A stretch of DNA of 45,358 nt from Deinococcaceae bacterium (GTDB lineage Bacteria > Deinococcota > Deinococci > Deinococcales > Trueperaceae), in the NCBI GenBank assembly GCA_040256005.1, contig JBDZWC010000007.1, positions 1 through 45,358 of the forward strand. Direction: 5' to 3'. Positions 1 to 8,248 of this stretch are shown here, one piece after another. Within the stretch, counting starts at the first letter, position 1. The number at the start of each line of letters is the position of its first letter. The notes under the pieces are model-generated. The model ran no database searches. It saw only the letters and a program-made list of their open reading frames with translations, and was not told where the DNA came from. A program made the translations under genes and the position numbers.

Positions 1-509
1 CTGAAGGCGTACTTGGTGGCGCACAGCTCGGCGCACGACCCCATGTGCTTGTCGTTGTAGACGTCCCATAGGCCGTCGTGGATGAGCGAATCGACCACCT
101 TGGCGTCGCCCAGGCGCAGCCCTCCGCGGGCGCCGGGCAACAGGTAGGGGGCGTTCGTCATCGACTCCATGCCGCCGGCCACAACCACCCGAGCGTCGCC
201 GAGGAGCACCGCTCGCACGGCCTGGATCACGGCCTCGAGTCCGCTGCCGCACATCTTGTTGATCGTCACGCTAGGGGTGCGCACATCGAGACCGGCGTAG
301 ATCGCGGCCTGCCTGGCGGGCGCCTGACCCTGGCCGGCCTGGAGCACGTTGCCCATGAACACGGCGTCCACGTCGCCTGGCGTCAGGCCCGCCCGCGCCA
401 CCGCGCCCTCGATCGCGACCGCGCCGAGCTCACCGGCCTTGAGCGGGGCCAACCGGCCCTGGAACGCCCCGATCGGCGTCCTGGCCGCCGCGGCGATGAC
501 AGCTCTCAC
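1..509 (-). CDS. Acetyl-CoA C-acetyltransferase (thiolase), runs off the window edge
   Basis: Not in the ORF track. Manual translation gives [18 protein letters not shown]...[17 protein letters not shown]...[10 protein letters not shown]...[16 protein letters not shown] at 509 has GGAGG 8 nt upstream; in-frame ATGs at 524 and 560 are alternative starts. Confidence 0.93.
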   Translation of the reverse strand, partial: MRAVIAAAARTPIGAFQGRLAPLKAGELGAVAIEGAVARAGLTPGDVDAVFMGNVLQAGQGQAPARQAAIYAGLDVRTPSVTINKMCGSGLEAVIQAVRAVLLGDARVVVAGGMESMTNAPYLLPGARGGLRLGDAKVVDSLIHDGLWDVYNDKHMGSCAELCATKYAF

Positions 510-575
510 GTCGAAGACCTCCATGGGCGCTCGAGCGCTCTCCAGCGCCCGCGCCGCCATGAGCCATGGTAGCCC

Positions 576-1451
576 TCAGCGCCGGAAGGTGATGGTGGCC
601 TCGACGCCTGACCAGGACACGCTCAGGGGCTCGTACAGCGAGAACGTGGCCGGCAGTAGCACGACCGCGGCCAGGTCGTGACCGGGGCCGACCGCCCCGG
701 GGTCACCGCGGTACACGTGCACCCGGTACGGCGCTGCCACCTCCAGGCGACGATCCGACTGCTCGAACGCGACCGCGGTGCTGAGGGCGCCGTCGGTTAG
801 AGAGGTGCCCACCAGCAGCAACACGTGGTCTTTGCCCGCCCGCAGCGCCGCGTCGTCGATAACCTCGGTCGCCTCCGGGAAGGCCAGGGGCAACAGGTCG
901 AGGTCGAGGAGCAGCAGGCTCTGGTCGTGGGAGAACAACCGCAGGCCCGTGGCGGCCCCGAGCTGCGCCAACTCCCAGCCGGTGCCGGCGTCGGGACCGG
1001 CGACATCGACCTCGGGCCGCGGCAGGACGATGTCGAGGCGGGCGCCGTTGGGGGCGTACAGGATCATCTCGCCGGCGCTCTCCTCGGCCGCCACGCCCAG
1101 CAGCTGCACCGCGTCGAGCGGCAGGTACCAACCGACGCCGCCCACGCCCGACGATCCGCCTGCCGCGAACACGGCGGCGGAGAGGGGCCACTCGGTGGGC
1201 CCGGCGTCCCCGGGTCGCTGCAACAGCGCCACGGAGGAGCCCTCGAAGAACGTCGCCACGCCCTCCTCGCCGCGCCACGTGAGCGTCTCGTCTGTCACGG
1301 TCACGACGTCGCCGAGCGCGAAGGCCAGGGAGCCCGCCTCCACGTAGGTGACGCCGGCGACGTCCAAGCCGTCGACGGTGCCTTGCGCTCGTGCCAGTTG
1401 GAGTGTGATCGCGAGCAGGACTGCCGCCATACGCGCGGCCGGGAGGCGCAT
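576..1451 (-). CDS. Secreted hypothetical protein, possible copper-amine-oxidase-N (stalk)-like motifs
   Basis: ORF 576..1505 re-started at ATG 1451, which has TAGCCT 7 nt upstream. Signal-peptide-like MRLPAARMAAVLLAITLQLARA; TYVEAGSLAFALG and WYLPLDAVQLLG resemble stalk-domain motifs. Confidence 0.65.
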   Translation of the reverse strand: MRLPAARMAAVLLAITLQLARAQGTVDGLDVAGVTYVEAGSLAFALGDVVTVTDETLTWRGEEGVATFFEGSSVALLQRPGDAGPTEWPLSAAVFAAGGSSGVGGVGWYLPLDAVQLLGVAAEESAGEMILYAPNGARLDIVLPRPEVDVAGPDAGTGWELAQLGAATGLRLFSHDQSLLLLDLDLLPLAFPEATEVIDDAALRAGKDHVLLLVGTSLTDGALSTAVAFEQSDRRLEVAAPYRVHVYRGDPGAVGPGHDLAAVVLLPATFSLYEPLSVSWSGVEATITFRR

Positions 1452-1483
1452 CGTGAGGAGGCTAGCATGTCCCCTCATGACGC

Positions 1484-1489
1484 TAGAAT
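1484..1489 (+). promoter_or_regulatory. -10 element (TAGAAT) for hflX-ubiD
   Basis: TAGAAT about 60 nt before the proposed hflX start, back-to-back with a minus-strand TAGCCT at 1459-1464. Confidence 0.55.
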
Positions 1490-1549
1490 CGCTTGAAACG
1501 GCCAAACAGAGGCACCCATAGCCGGCCTGGCCGAGAGGAGCGGTAACGC

Positions 1550-3208
1550 ATAGAGAAGGTCCACGGTAAGACGCAGGGTCTGAAGAACCACCAGCTCAAG
1601 AGGCTGTCCAACCTGTACAGGAGACGCGTGCCGCCGGAGTCGGCGGTCACAGCGGACCTGGCGCGCGCGATGGCGGACCTGACCGTCGAGCTCGGTCGGG
1701 GCGTCAGCGTGCTCATCGACCGGCGCGGTCGGGTCGTGACCGTCGCGGTCGGGGACGCGGCCGACACGCCGCTGCCCACCTACGCCGGCGAGGCCGAGTC
1801 GCGCCTGGCCGGCCTCCGTCTGGCGCACACGCATCTCAAACCCGCCGGGCTGTCCGGCACCGACCTCACCACGCTCTTCCTGAACCGGCTGGACGCGCTG
1901 GTCGCCATCGACGTGGACCCGTCGCGCACCGGTGGTGACAGCGTGGGCCGAGCGCACCTCGCCACGGTCGCGCCCAGCGGCAGCGACGCCGAGGACTGGA
2001 TAGTCGACGAGCCGCAGCCCATCAGGGTCCTGGAGAGCCAGGACGTACTGGCTCGCGTGCGCGCCCTCGAGGAGGAGCTCGCGCGCCAAGCGGGAGCACG
2101 CGAGGTGCGTCGCACCAGCGCGGAGCGCGCCGTGCTCGTGGGCCTCGGTCCGGACGACCAGGAGACCGGCTCACGCATGGCGGAGCTGGCCGAACTGGTG
2201 CGCAGCGCGGGGGCAACGGTGGCGGCCACCGTCGTGCAGCGGCGTACCAAGCCCGATCACCGGACCGTGGTCGGCGAGGGCAAGCTGCAGGAGGCGGTGT
2301 CGCTCGCGTTCCACGAGGACGCTGACCTCATCGTCTTCGACAGGGAGCTCACCCCGGCGCAGGCGCGGGAGGTCGAGGCGCTGACGAAGCTCAAGGTGCT
2401 CGACCGCACGCAGGTGATCCTCGACATCTTCGCCCAGAACGCTCGCGGGCGCGAAGCGCAGGTGCAGGTGGAGCTGGCGCAGCTCAAGTACCAGCTGCCG
2501 CGCCTGGCCGGCCGCGGTGAGGCGATGAGCCGCCTGGGTGGTGGCATCGGCACGCGCGGCCCCGGTGAGACGAAGCTCGAGGTTGACAGGCGCCGCATCC
2601 GCGACCGCATCGCCACGCTGGAGAGCGCCGTCGAGGACATCAGCCGCAGGCGCGCCGAGACCCGCAAGTCGCGCACCGCGTCCCAGACGCCGGTGGTCGC
2701 CCTCGTCGGCTACACGAACGCCGGCAAGTCGACGCTGTTCAACGCGCTCACCAAGTCGGACGCCCTCTCGCAGGACAAGCTCTTCGCCACGCTGCGCCCC
2801 ACCACGCGCGAGGGCTGGCTGCCGGCGCTCGGCCAGTGGGGCGGCAAGGTCGTGTTCACCGACACCGTGGGCTTCATCAGGGACCTGCCGGCCGAGCTCG
2901 TCGACGCGTTCCGGGCGACGCTCGAGGAGCTCCATCACGCCGACCTGCTCCTGCACGTGGTGGACGGCGCCTCGCCCGGCGCTCCCGATCGCGTGGAGGC
3001 GGTGCAGCGCATCCTCGACGAGCTGGAGCTCGAGCCCCCGAGGCTCGTCGTGATCAACAAGTCGGACGCCGCGGACCAGCAGGTGCTCGGTCAGCTCAAG
3101 GAACGCTACGGCGCCGTCGCGGTGTCTGCCCTCGCGGGCGACGGTCTCGACGAGCTCAAGGCCCAGCTGGCACACGTGCTGCCGCGCAGGGAGGCCGTCA
3201 CGGCGTGA
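1550..3208 (+). CDS. hflX: GTPase HflX, long N-terminal form, probable ATA start
   Basis: GGGIGTRGPGETKLE, G1 GYTNAGKS, LFATLRPTTR, DTVGFI, NKSD. The conserved-looking N-terminus IEKVHGKTQGLKNHQLKRLSNLYRRRVP lies upstream of the ORF-track GTG 1628; SD GAGGAG at 1535-1540. Confidence 0.95.
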   Translation: MEKVHGKTQGLKNHQLKRLSNLYRRRVPPESAVTADLARAMADLTVELGRGVSVLIDRRGRVVTVAVGDAADTPLPTYAGEAESRLAGLRLAHTHLKPAGLSGTDLTTLFLNRLDALVAIDVDPSRTGGDSVGRAHLATVAPSGSDAEDWIVDEPQPIRVLESQDVLARVRALEEELARQAGAREVRRTSAERAVLVGLGPDDQETGSRMAELAELVRSAGATVAATVVQRRTKPDHRTVVGEGKLQEAVSLAFHEDADLIVFDRELTPAQAREVEALTKLKVLDRTQVILDIFAQNARGREAQVQVELAQLKYQLPRLAGRGEAMSRLGGGIGTRGPGETKLEVDRRRIRDRIATLESAVEDISRRRAETRKSRTASQTPVVALVGYTNAGKSTLFNALTKSDALSQDKLFATLRPTTREGWLPALGQWGGKVVFTDTVGFIRDLPAELVDAFRATLEELHHADLLLHVVDGASPGAPDRVEAVQRILDELELEPPRLVVINKSDAADQQVLGQLKERYGAVAVSALAGDGLDELKAQLAHVLPRREAVTA

Positions 3209-5010
3209 CCGACCTGCGCTCGTTCCTGCAGCTGCTGGAGGAGCGCGGCGAGCTGGTGAGGGTGAAGGACCCGGTGTCCACCTTCCTGGAGGCCGCGGCG
3301 CTGGCCGACCGAGCCGTGAAGGAAGGCGGTCCCGCTCTGCTCTTCGAGAACGTGGTGGGCCACAGCATCCCCGTGGCGATGAACCTCTACGGCACGGCGC
3401 AGCGGACCGCCTGGGCCCTGGGCGTGGACGACCTCAAGGAAGTCACTGAACGCCTGCGGGAGCTGCTCGACCTGAGGTTGGGAGGCGGCCTCATGGGCAT
3501 GATGTCGAACCTGCCGAAGCTGCGGGACCTGCGGTCGCTGCCGCCCAAGCGCGTGAGGACCGGGCCGGTACAGACGCGGGTGCTCACGGGAGACGAGATC
3601 GACCTCTCCAAGCTGCCGGTGCTCACCACCTGGCCGCAGGATGCCGGGCCGTTCATCACGCTGCCCCTCGTCATCACGAAGGACCCCATCCACGGCGATG
3701 TCAACGTGGGCATGTACCGCATGCAGGTGCTCGGCCCACGCACCACGGCCATGCACTGGCAGAGGCACAAGACCGGAGCCAGGCACTACGAGAGCGCCAA
3801 GCGCGCCGGCAAGCGCCTCGAGGTCGCGGTCGCGCTGGGGGGCGACCCTGCGCTCACCTACGCCGCCACGGCGCCCATCCCCCCCGTCTCCGGTTTGGAC
3901 GAGCTGGCTCTGACCGGGTTCCTGCGGGGGAGGCGGGTGGAGGTCGTCAAGGGCGTCACCGTGGACCTCGAGGTGCCAGCGCACGCCGAGATCGTCATCG
4001 AGGGCTACGTGGACCCGGCCGAGGACCCGGTCACGGAAGGGCCGTTCGGCGACCACACCGGCTTCTACACGCTGCCAGACCTGTACCCGGCGTTCCACGT
4101 CACCGCCATCACGATGCGCGACGACCCAGTCTACCCCGCCACGATCGTGGGGCCGCCGCCCATGGAGGACGCCTACCTGATCCTCGCCAGCGAACGCATC
4201 TTCCTCGTCCCCGCTCAGCTGATCCTCCCCGAGATACGCGACTACCACATGCCGCCGGCCGGCATCGCCCACAACCTCGTTCACGTATCGATCGAGAAGC
4301 GCTACCCCGGGCAGGCCTACAAGGTCGCCAACGGGCTCCTGGGCTTGGGTCAGATGATGTTCGCGAAGGTCGTGCTCGTGTCGGACGACCCCGAGGTGGA
4401 CGTCACCGACCACCAGGGCTTCTGGCGGGCCGTCCTCGCCCGGGCCGTGCCGGGTCGCGACTCCCAGTTCGCCAAGGGCCCGATAGACGTCCTCGACCAC
4501 TCCAGTCGGGCGTTCAGCTTCGGTAGCAAGCTCATCATCGACGGCACGCGCAAGCACCCCGAGGAGGGCGGCGACGTCCCCTTCGAGGCGAACGTCGAAC
4601 GACCGAAGGAGAAGCTACCGGCTCACGCCGAGGTCGTGGACCAGCACCAACTGACTGGGGGCTTCTGGTTCATCACCACCCGCAAGACCCGGGCCGACCA
4701 GGGTCGTCACCTGGGCGAGTGGGCCGCGCGTCATCCGTTGTCGCAGGGCGTGAGGCTGATCGCCGTCGTGGATGAGAGCGTGGACCCGCGCGATTTCGAG
4801 GAGGTCATGTGGACGCTCCTCAACAACATCGACCCGGAGCGGGACGTCCAGGTCATCGACGACAGCTTCGGCTCCGGAGCGCGGTTCGTGATGGACGGCA
4901 CGCCCAAGCTGCCGGCCGAGGGGTTCGATCGCGGCTGGCCCGAGAAGCTCAGGACGACCGCAGAGGTTCGCGCCTGGGTCGACGAGACATGGCCGCGAGT
5001 GAGAACATGA
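3205..5010 (+). CDS. UbiD-family decarboxylase (MqnL-like, futalosine menaquinone pathway)
   Basis: GTG 3205 overlaps the hflX stop (GTGA). DLRSFLQLLEERGEL, NVGMYRMQ, EGPFGDHTGFY, GPPPMED; extra C-terminal UbiD-like repeat (NNIDPERD). Confidence 0.9.
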   Translation: MTDLRSFLQLLEERGELVRVKDPVSTFLEAAALADRAVKEGGPALLFENVVGHSIPVAMNLYGTAQRTAWALGVDDLKEVTERLRELLDLRLGGGLMGMMSNLPKLRDLRSLPPKRVRTGPVQTRVLTGDEIDLSKLPVLTTWPQDAGPFITLPLVITKDPIHGDVNVGMYRMQVLGPRTTAMHWQRHKTGARHYESAKRAGKRLEVAVALGGDPALTYAATAPIPPVSGLDELALTGFLRGRRVEVVKGVTVDLEVPAHAEIVIEGYVDPAEDPVTEGPFGDHTGFYTLPDLYPAFHVTAITMRDDPVYPATIVGPPPMEDAYLILASERIFLVPAQLILPEIRDYHMPPAGIAHNLVHVSIEKRYPGQAYKVANGLLGLGQMMFAKVVLVSDDPEVDVTDHQGFWRAVLARAVPGRDSQFAKGPIDVLDHSSRAFSFGSKLIIDGTRKHPEEGGDVPFEANVERPKEKLPAHAEVVDQHQLTGGFWFITTRKTRADQGRHLGEWAARHPLSQGVRLIAVVDESVDPRDFEEVMWTLLNNIDPERDVQVIDDSFGSGARFVMDGTPKLPAEGFDRGWPEKLRTTAEVRAWVDETWPRVRT

Positions 5011-5824
5011 GGGCCTGAACCAACACGATCGTCGAGCCGCTCGGCACGTCGAGCAGGAACGAAGCCGCCAAGCCCAGCAGGGTCGCGACGATGCCGATGA
5101 CCACCGTCAACGCGGTCATCTGCGACAGCGTCCGGGCCAGGAGCCGCGCGGTGGCGGCAGGGATCACGAGGTAGGCCGCCATGAGGATGATGCCGACCAC
5201 GACGGCGCTGACGGCGATCACCAAGGCGGCGAGCAGGTAGAGGACCAGCTCGGCTCGAGCGGTGTCAACCCCGTCCGCCCTGGCCAACTCCTCGTCGAAC
5301 GTCGCGTAGGCCAGCTTGCCCCAGTACGCGGCCGTGAGCCCGGCGGCGAGCAGCGTAACGCCGAGGATCACGTACAGGTCCAGGGCCCTCACGCCCAGGA
5401 TCGACCCGAACAGCAGGTCCATGAGCGAGACGCCCAGGTTCACGTCGGGCGGGATGAGCGAGAAGAACATCACCCCCAGCGCCACGGTGACCGCGAACGA
5501 GACCCCGATGGCGGTGTCGCTGGAGAGGTCGGTCCGGCGGCGCATGAGGTAGATCCCGGCCGCCGCCAACAGGCTGAAGGGGACCGCGATCCAGATGGGG
5601 TCGCGCAGCACCGCGAGGCCCGACCCGACGAGCCCAGTGGTGACGATGACGAAGGCGCCGATGCCCATGCCGCCGAACGCGGCGTGCGCCAGACCGTCGC
5701 CCAGGAAGCTCAAGCGACGCTGCACCACGAACACACCGAGCAGGCCCGTGCCTACGGCGATGAGCACGCCGGCCACCAGCGCACGCTGCAGGAACGGCAG
5801 GGAGAGCGCGTCCAGCAGGGTCAT
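4949..5824 (-). CDS. Zn/Mn ABC transporter permease (ZnuB-like)
   Basis: FLQRALVAG, LGDGLAHAAFGG, LLFGSIL, FDEELARADG, DVPSGSTIV; multiple hydrophobic helices. Confidence 0.92.
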   Translation of the reverse strand: MTLLDALSLPFLQRALVAGVLIAVGTGLLGVFVVQRRLSFLGDGLAHAAFGGMGIGAFVIVTTGLVGSGLAVLRDPIWIAVPFSLLAAAGIYLMRRRTDLSSDTAIGVSFAVTVALGVMFFSLIPPDVNLGVSLMDLLFGSILGVRALDLYVILGVTLLAAGLTAAYWGKLAYATFDEELARADGVDTARAELVLYLLAALVIAVSAVVVGIILMAAYLVIPAATARLLARTLSQMTALTVVIGIVATLLGLAASFLLDVPSGSTIVLVQALMFSLAAMSRRPRREPLRSS

Positions 5825-5846
5825 GGCGCCACGTCCTGTAGAGCCC

Positions 5847-6638
5847 TCACAACGCCACGGCGTGCTGGTGCTGCCTATGCCCGAACGCCTCGCGCAGGCT
5901 CTCGCTCTCGAGCGCCTCCTCCGGCGGGCCGTAGGCCATGAGGCGCCTGTTCAGGACCAGGACCAGATCGGCGTGGTAGCGCGCCGCCGCCATGTCGTGG
6001 GTGATCATCGCGATCGTCGCGGGACCGGCGGCGCCCTGCGTCTCCGCCTGGTACTCCTCGAGCAGGTCATACAGGTCATGCTCGACGAGGAAGTCCACGC
6101 CCGTCGCCGGCTCGTCCAGCAGGACGATGTCGGGTCTCCTCACCAGCGCCCTGGCCAAGTAGGCCCTCTGCAGCTCGCCCCCTGACAGCCGGGCCAACTG
6201 CCTGTCCGCCAGCGCCTCGGCGCCGACCCGCCGCAACGCCCCCAGGCCGTGCTCCCGTTCCTCCTGCGTCACCCGGGCGGGCCACGAGCCGCGCAGGCCC
6301 GTGGTGACGAGCTCCAGTGCGGTGGCCGGGAACGTGCGGTCGAACGTCTTGATCTGGGGGACGTAGCCGACGCGCTCGGGATGCGCCCCGGCGCGGTCGC
6401 CGAACAGCGCCGCGTGGCCCTTCACGGGGGTCACGAGCCCCAACGCGACCTTGATGAGCGTGGACTTGCCGCCGCCGTTGGGTCCCACGATGGCCAGGAA
6501 CCGGCCCGCCTCCAGGTCGAAGCTCACGTCCTCCAGGACCGGCGCCTCGGAGAACCGCACCGATACCGAGTGGAAGTGCAAGGCGGGAGGCGCGGGACGG
6601 CTCGGGCCCAAGACCGCGTTTTGAGAACCCGTTCTCAC
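5847..6638 (-). CDS. Zn/Mn ABC transporter ATPase (ZnuC-like)
   Basis: GPNGGGKST, GYVPQ, LSGGELQR, LLDEP, ITHD; His-containing tail HRQHQH. GTG start has TAGAAT 6 nt upstream. Confidence 0.92.
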   Translation of the reverse strand: MRTGSQNAVLGPSRPAPPALHFHSVSVRFSEAPVLEDVSFDLEAGRFLAIVGPNGGGKSTLIKVALGLVTPVKGHAALFGDRAGAHPERVGYVPQIKTFDRTFPATALELVTTGLRGSWPARVTQEEREHGLGALRRVGAEALADRQLARLSGGELQRAYLARALVRRPDIVLLDEPATGVDFLVEHDLYDLLEEYQAETQGAAGPATIAMITHDMAAARYHADLVLVLNRRLMAYGPPEEALESESLREAFGHRQHQHAVAL

Positions 6639-6650
6639 AACGAGATTCTA
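6622..6650 (-). promoter_or_regulatory. Leaderless -10 (TAGAAT, 6645-6650) plus Fur/Zur-like palindrome TGAGAAC-CC-GTTCTCA (6622-6637) over the ATPase start
   Basis: Perfect 7-2-7 AT-rich inverted repeat overlapping the first codons of a metal-uptake operon. Confidence 0.55.
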
Positions 6651-6705
6651 GCGTGCCTGAGGTCCATTCCCGGCACACGCTCGCGACCGGCGAGCGCAGG
6701 AACTG

Positions 6706-6737
6706 GAACGGCCCGCCGGTGTCTCGGCGGGCCGTTC
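6706..6737 (-). terminator. Hairpin downstream of rpmB, probable terminator
   Basis: 13-bp perfect stem GAACGGCCCGCCG / CGGCGGGCCGTTC with a 6-nt loop, about 20 nt after the rpmB stop; weak U-tract; second hairpin at 6678-6696. Confidence 0.7.
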
Positions 6738-6757
6738 GGGCTTCCTATGTGAGGGCT

Positions 6758-7012
6758 TCAGCCCTGGCTTGGCTTGTTGGGGTTGACGAAGACCGTGGGA
6801 TCCAGCTGGCGGATGGCCTTGGCGCTCAGCCACACGCGCTGGGGCTTGCCTTCGACCCAGATGGTCCGCTTCTGGAGGTTGGGCTTGACGGTGCGGTTGT
6901 GCACGCCCACCTGCTTGAGGCCGACGCCGCCCTTGCGCTTCGCCGAGCCCTTGCGGGTGCTCGTCCTCTGCTTGCTGGTCCTCTTACCTGTCACGGCGCA
7001 GACGCGCGGCAT
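6758..7012 (-). CDS. rpmB: 50S ribosomal protein bL28
   Basis: [10 protein letters not shown]...KGGVG...[10 protein letters not shown]...[18 protein letters not shown]; extended -10 TG-C-TAAACT with the hexamer at 7101-7106. Confidence 0.95.
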   Translation of the reverse strand: MPRVCAVTGKRTSKQRTSTRKGSAKRKGGVGLKQVGVHNRTVKPNLQKRTIWVEGKPQRVWLSAKAIRQLDPTVFVNPNKPSQG

Positions 7013-7140
7013 GTCGTTCCTCCATGTCGCCCAGTTCTCTTGGGTAGGGCGGGTGGTGCTTGGCGTTCGGGGCGGCCTGGGCGCGCCCGCAGAGCGGCTG
7101 AGTTTAGCACACCGGCCCGCGCCGGTGTAGATTCGCCCGC

Positions 7141-7866
7141 GTGTCGCTAGAGAGGCGCGCCTTCCTGCAGGGATTCAAAGACGTGGCGCCCATGCTCATC
7201 GGCGCGGTCCCGTTCGGCCTGATCACCGGGGTGAGCGCCGTGGGCGCGGGTATGCACCCGACGGACATCATCTTCATGTCTGCCCTGGTGTTCGCGGGCT
7301 CGTCCCAGCTGGCGGCGATCTCGCTCATCGCTTCGGGCGCGGCGATCTGGGCGATCGTGCTCACGGTGGCGATGGTCAACCTGCGCCACGTGATGTACAG
7401 CCTGTCGCTGGCGCCGTGGCTGCAACGCTACGGGGTGCTCAAGCGGCTGCTCGTGTCGTTCCTCATGGTCGACCAGTCCTTCGCGATGACCGTGCTGCGC
7501 TACCCGCGCGAGGCGGATGACTACCCGCGGTTCCACTTCGCGCTGGGCATCGGCGTGCCCATGTGGATCGTCTGGGTGAGCACCACGGCGTTCGGAGCGC
7601 TCCTGGGCGCGCAACTGCCGGCGGAATGGCAACTCGACTTCGCCGTGCCACTACTCTTCCTGGCGCTCCTCGTGCCCGCGGTCACCTCCCGCCCGCTGCT
7701 GGTGGCGGCGGTGGTCGCCGGGACCCTCGCTCTGGCCCTCGCGCCACTGCCGTACAACCTGGGCCTCATCATCGGATCCCTCTCCGGCATCGCGGCTGGC
7801 GCGCTCTCCGAGGGGCTGTTCCGGCGGTCGAAACCGGTCGCGGAACCGGAGAGGGCCCAGGCGTGA
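7141..7866 (+). CDS. AzlC-family branched-chain amino acid exporter
   Basis: [51 protein letters not shown] 7 nt before the GTG. Confidence 0.9.
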   Translation: MSLERRAFLQGFKDVAPMLIGAVPFGLITGVSAVGAGMHPTDIIFMSALVFAGSSQLAAISLIASGAAIWAIVLTVAMVNLRHVMYSLSLAPWLQRYGVLKRLLVSFLMVDQSFAMTVLRYPREADDYPRFHFALGIGVPMWIVWVSTTAFGALLGAQLPAEWQLDFAVPLLFLALLVPAVTSRPLLVAAVVAGTLALALAPLPYNLGLIIGSLSGIAAGALSEGLFRRSKPVAEPERAQA

Positions 7867-8198
7867 GCCGCCCCGAGGTCTGGTTGGCGATCGCCCTCGC
7901 GGCTCTGGTGACGCTGGCCGAGCGCGGGTCCTTCCTGCTCACACAGAGCGAGTCCCCTCTGCCGCCGCTGGTCAGGCGCTGCCTCCGGTACGTGCCGGCA
8001 GCGGTGTTCGCTGCCATAACCATCCCTGCCCTGGCGCAACCGAGCGGCACCGGCGTGGGCCCGGTCGACGTGAGGCTCCTGGCCGGGATCGCGGCAGCGT
8101 TGGTCGCCTGGCGCACCCGGAACGTCACGCTCACGTTCGTCGTCGGCATGGTCGTGCTGTGGCTGATCTCCTGGGTGTTGACGGCCTCGAACGCCTGA
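7863..8198 (+). CDS. AzlD domain protein
   Basis: GTG overlaps the azlC stop; LRYVPAAVFAAI, LVAWRTRN, VVGMVVLW. Confidence 0.88.
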   Translation: MSRPEVWLAIALAALVTLAERGSFLLTQSESPLPPLVRRCLRYVPAAVFAAITIPALAQPSGTGVGPVDVRLLAGIAAALVAWRTRNVTLTFVVGMVVLWLISWVLTASNA

Positions 8199-8213
8199 GG
8201 AGACGCGGGCCGC

Positions 8214-8240
8214 GGCGGGGCCGTTGACAGCCGGCCCGCC
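8214..8240 (+). terminator. Imperfect hairpin after azlD
   Basis: GGCGGG(G)CCG-ttgacagc-CGGCCCGCC just after the stop; no U-tract. Confidence 0.35.
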
Positions 8241-8248
8241 AGGCCCCA

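Noticed and set aside
1493..1546. 17-codon TTG uORF in the hflX frame (leader peptide or read-through)
   Set aside because: The TTG is only 3 nt after the -10 box, so probably upstream of the TSS, and has no SD; SD plus ATA explains initiation better.
2836..3204. Long N-terminal extensions in the ORF track for ubiD, azlD, nnr, purC, ftsE, EamA and argH
   Set aside because: They mostly overlap upstream genes out of frame; family homology begins at coupled or leaderless starts downstream.
6758..7012. bL28 as a Zur-regulated Zn-free paralog
   Set aside because: It has one Cys and sits by a Zn-type transporter, but the palindrome lies downstream of its terminator, none is seen in its promoter, and single-Cys bL28 is ordinary in this lineage as far as I recall.
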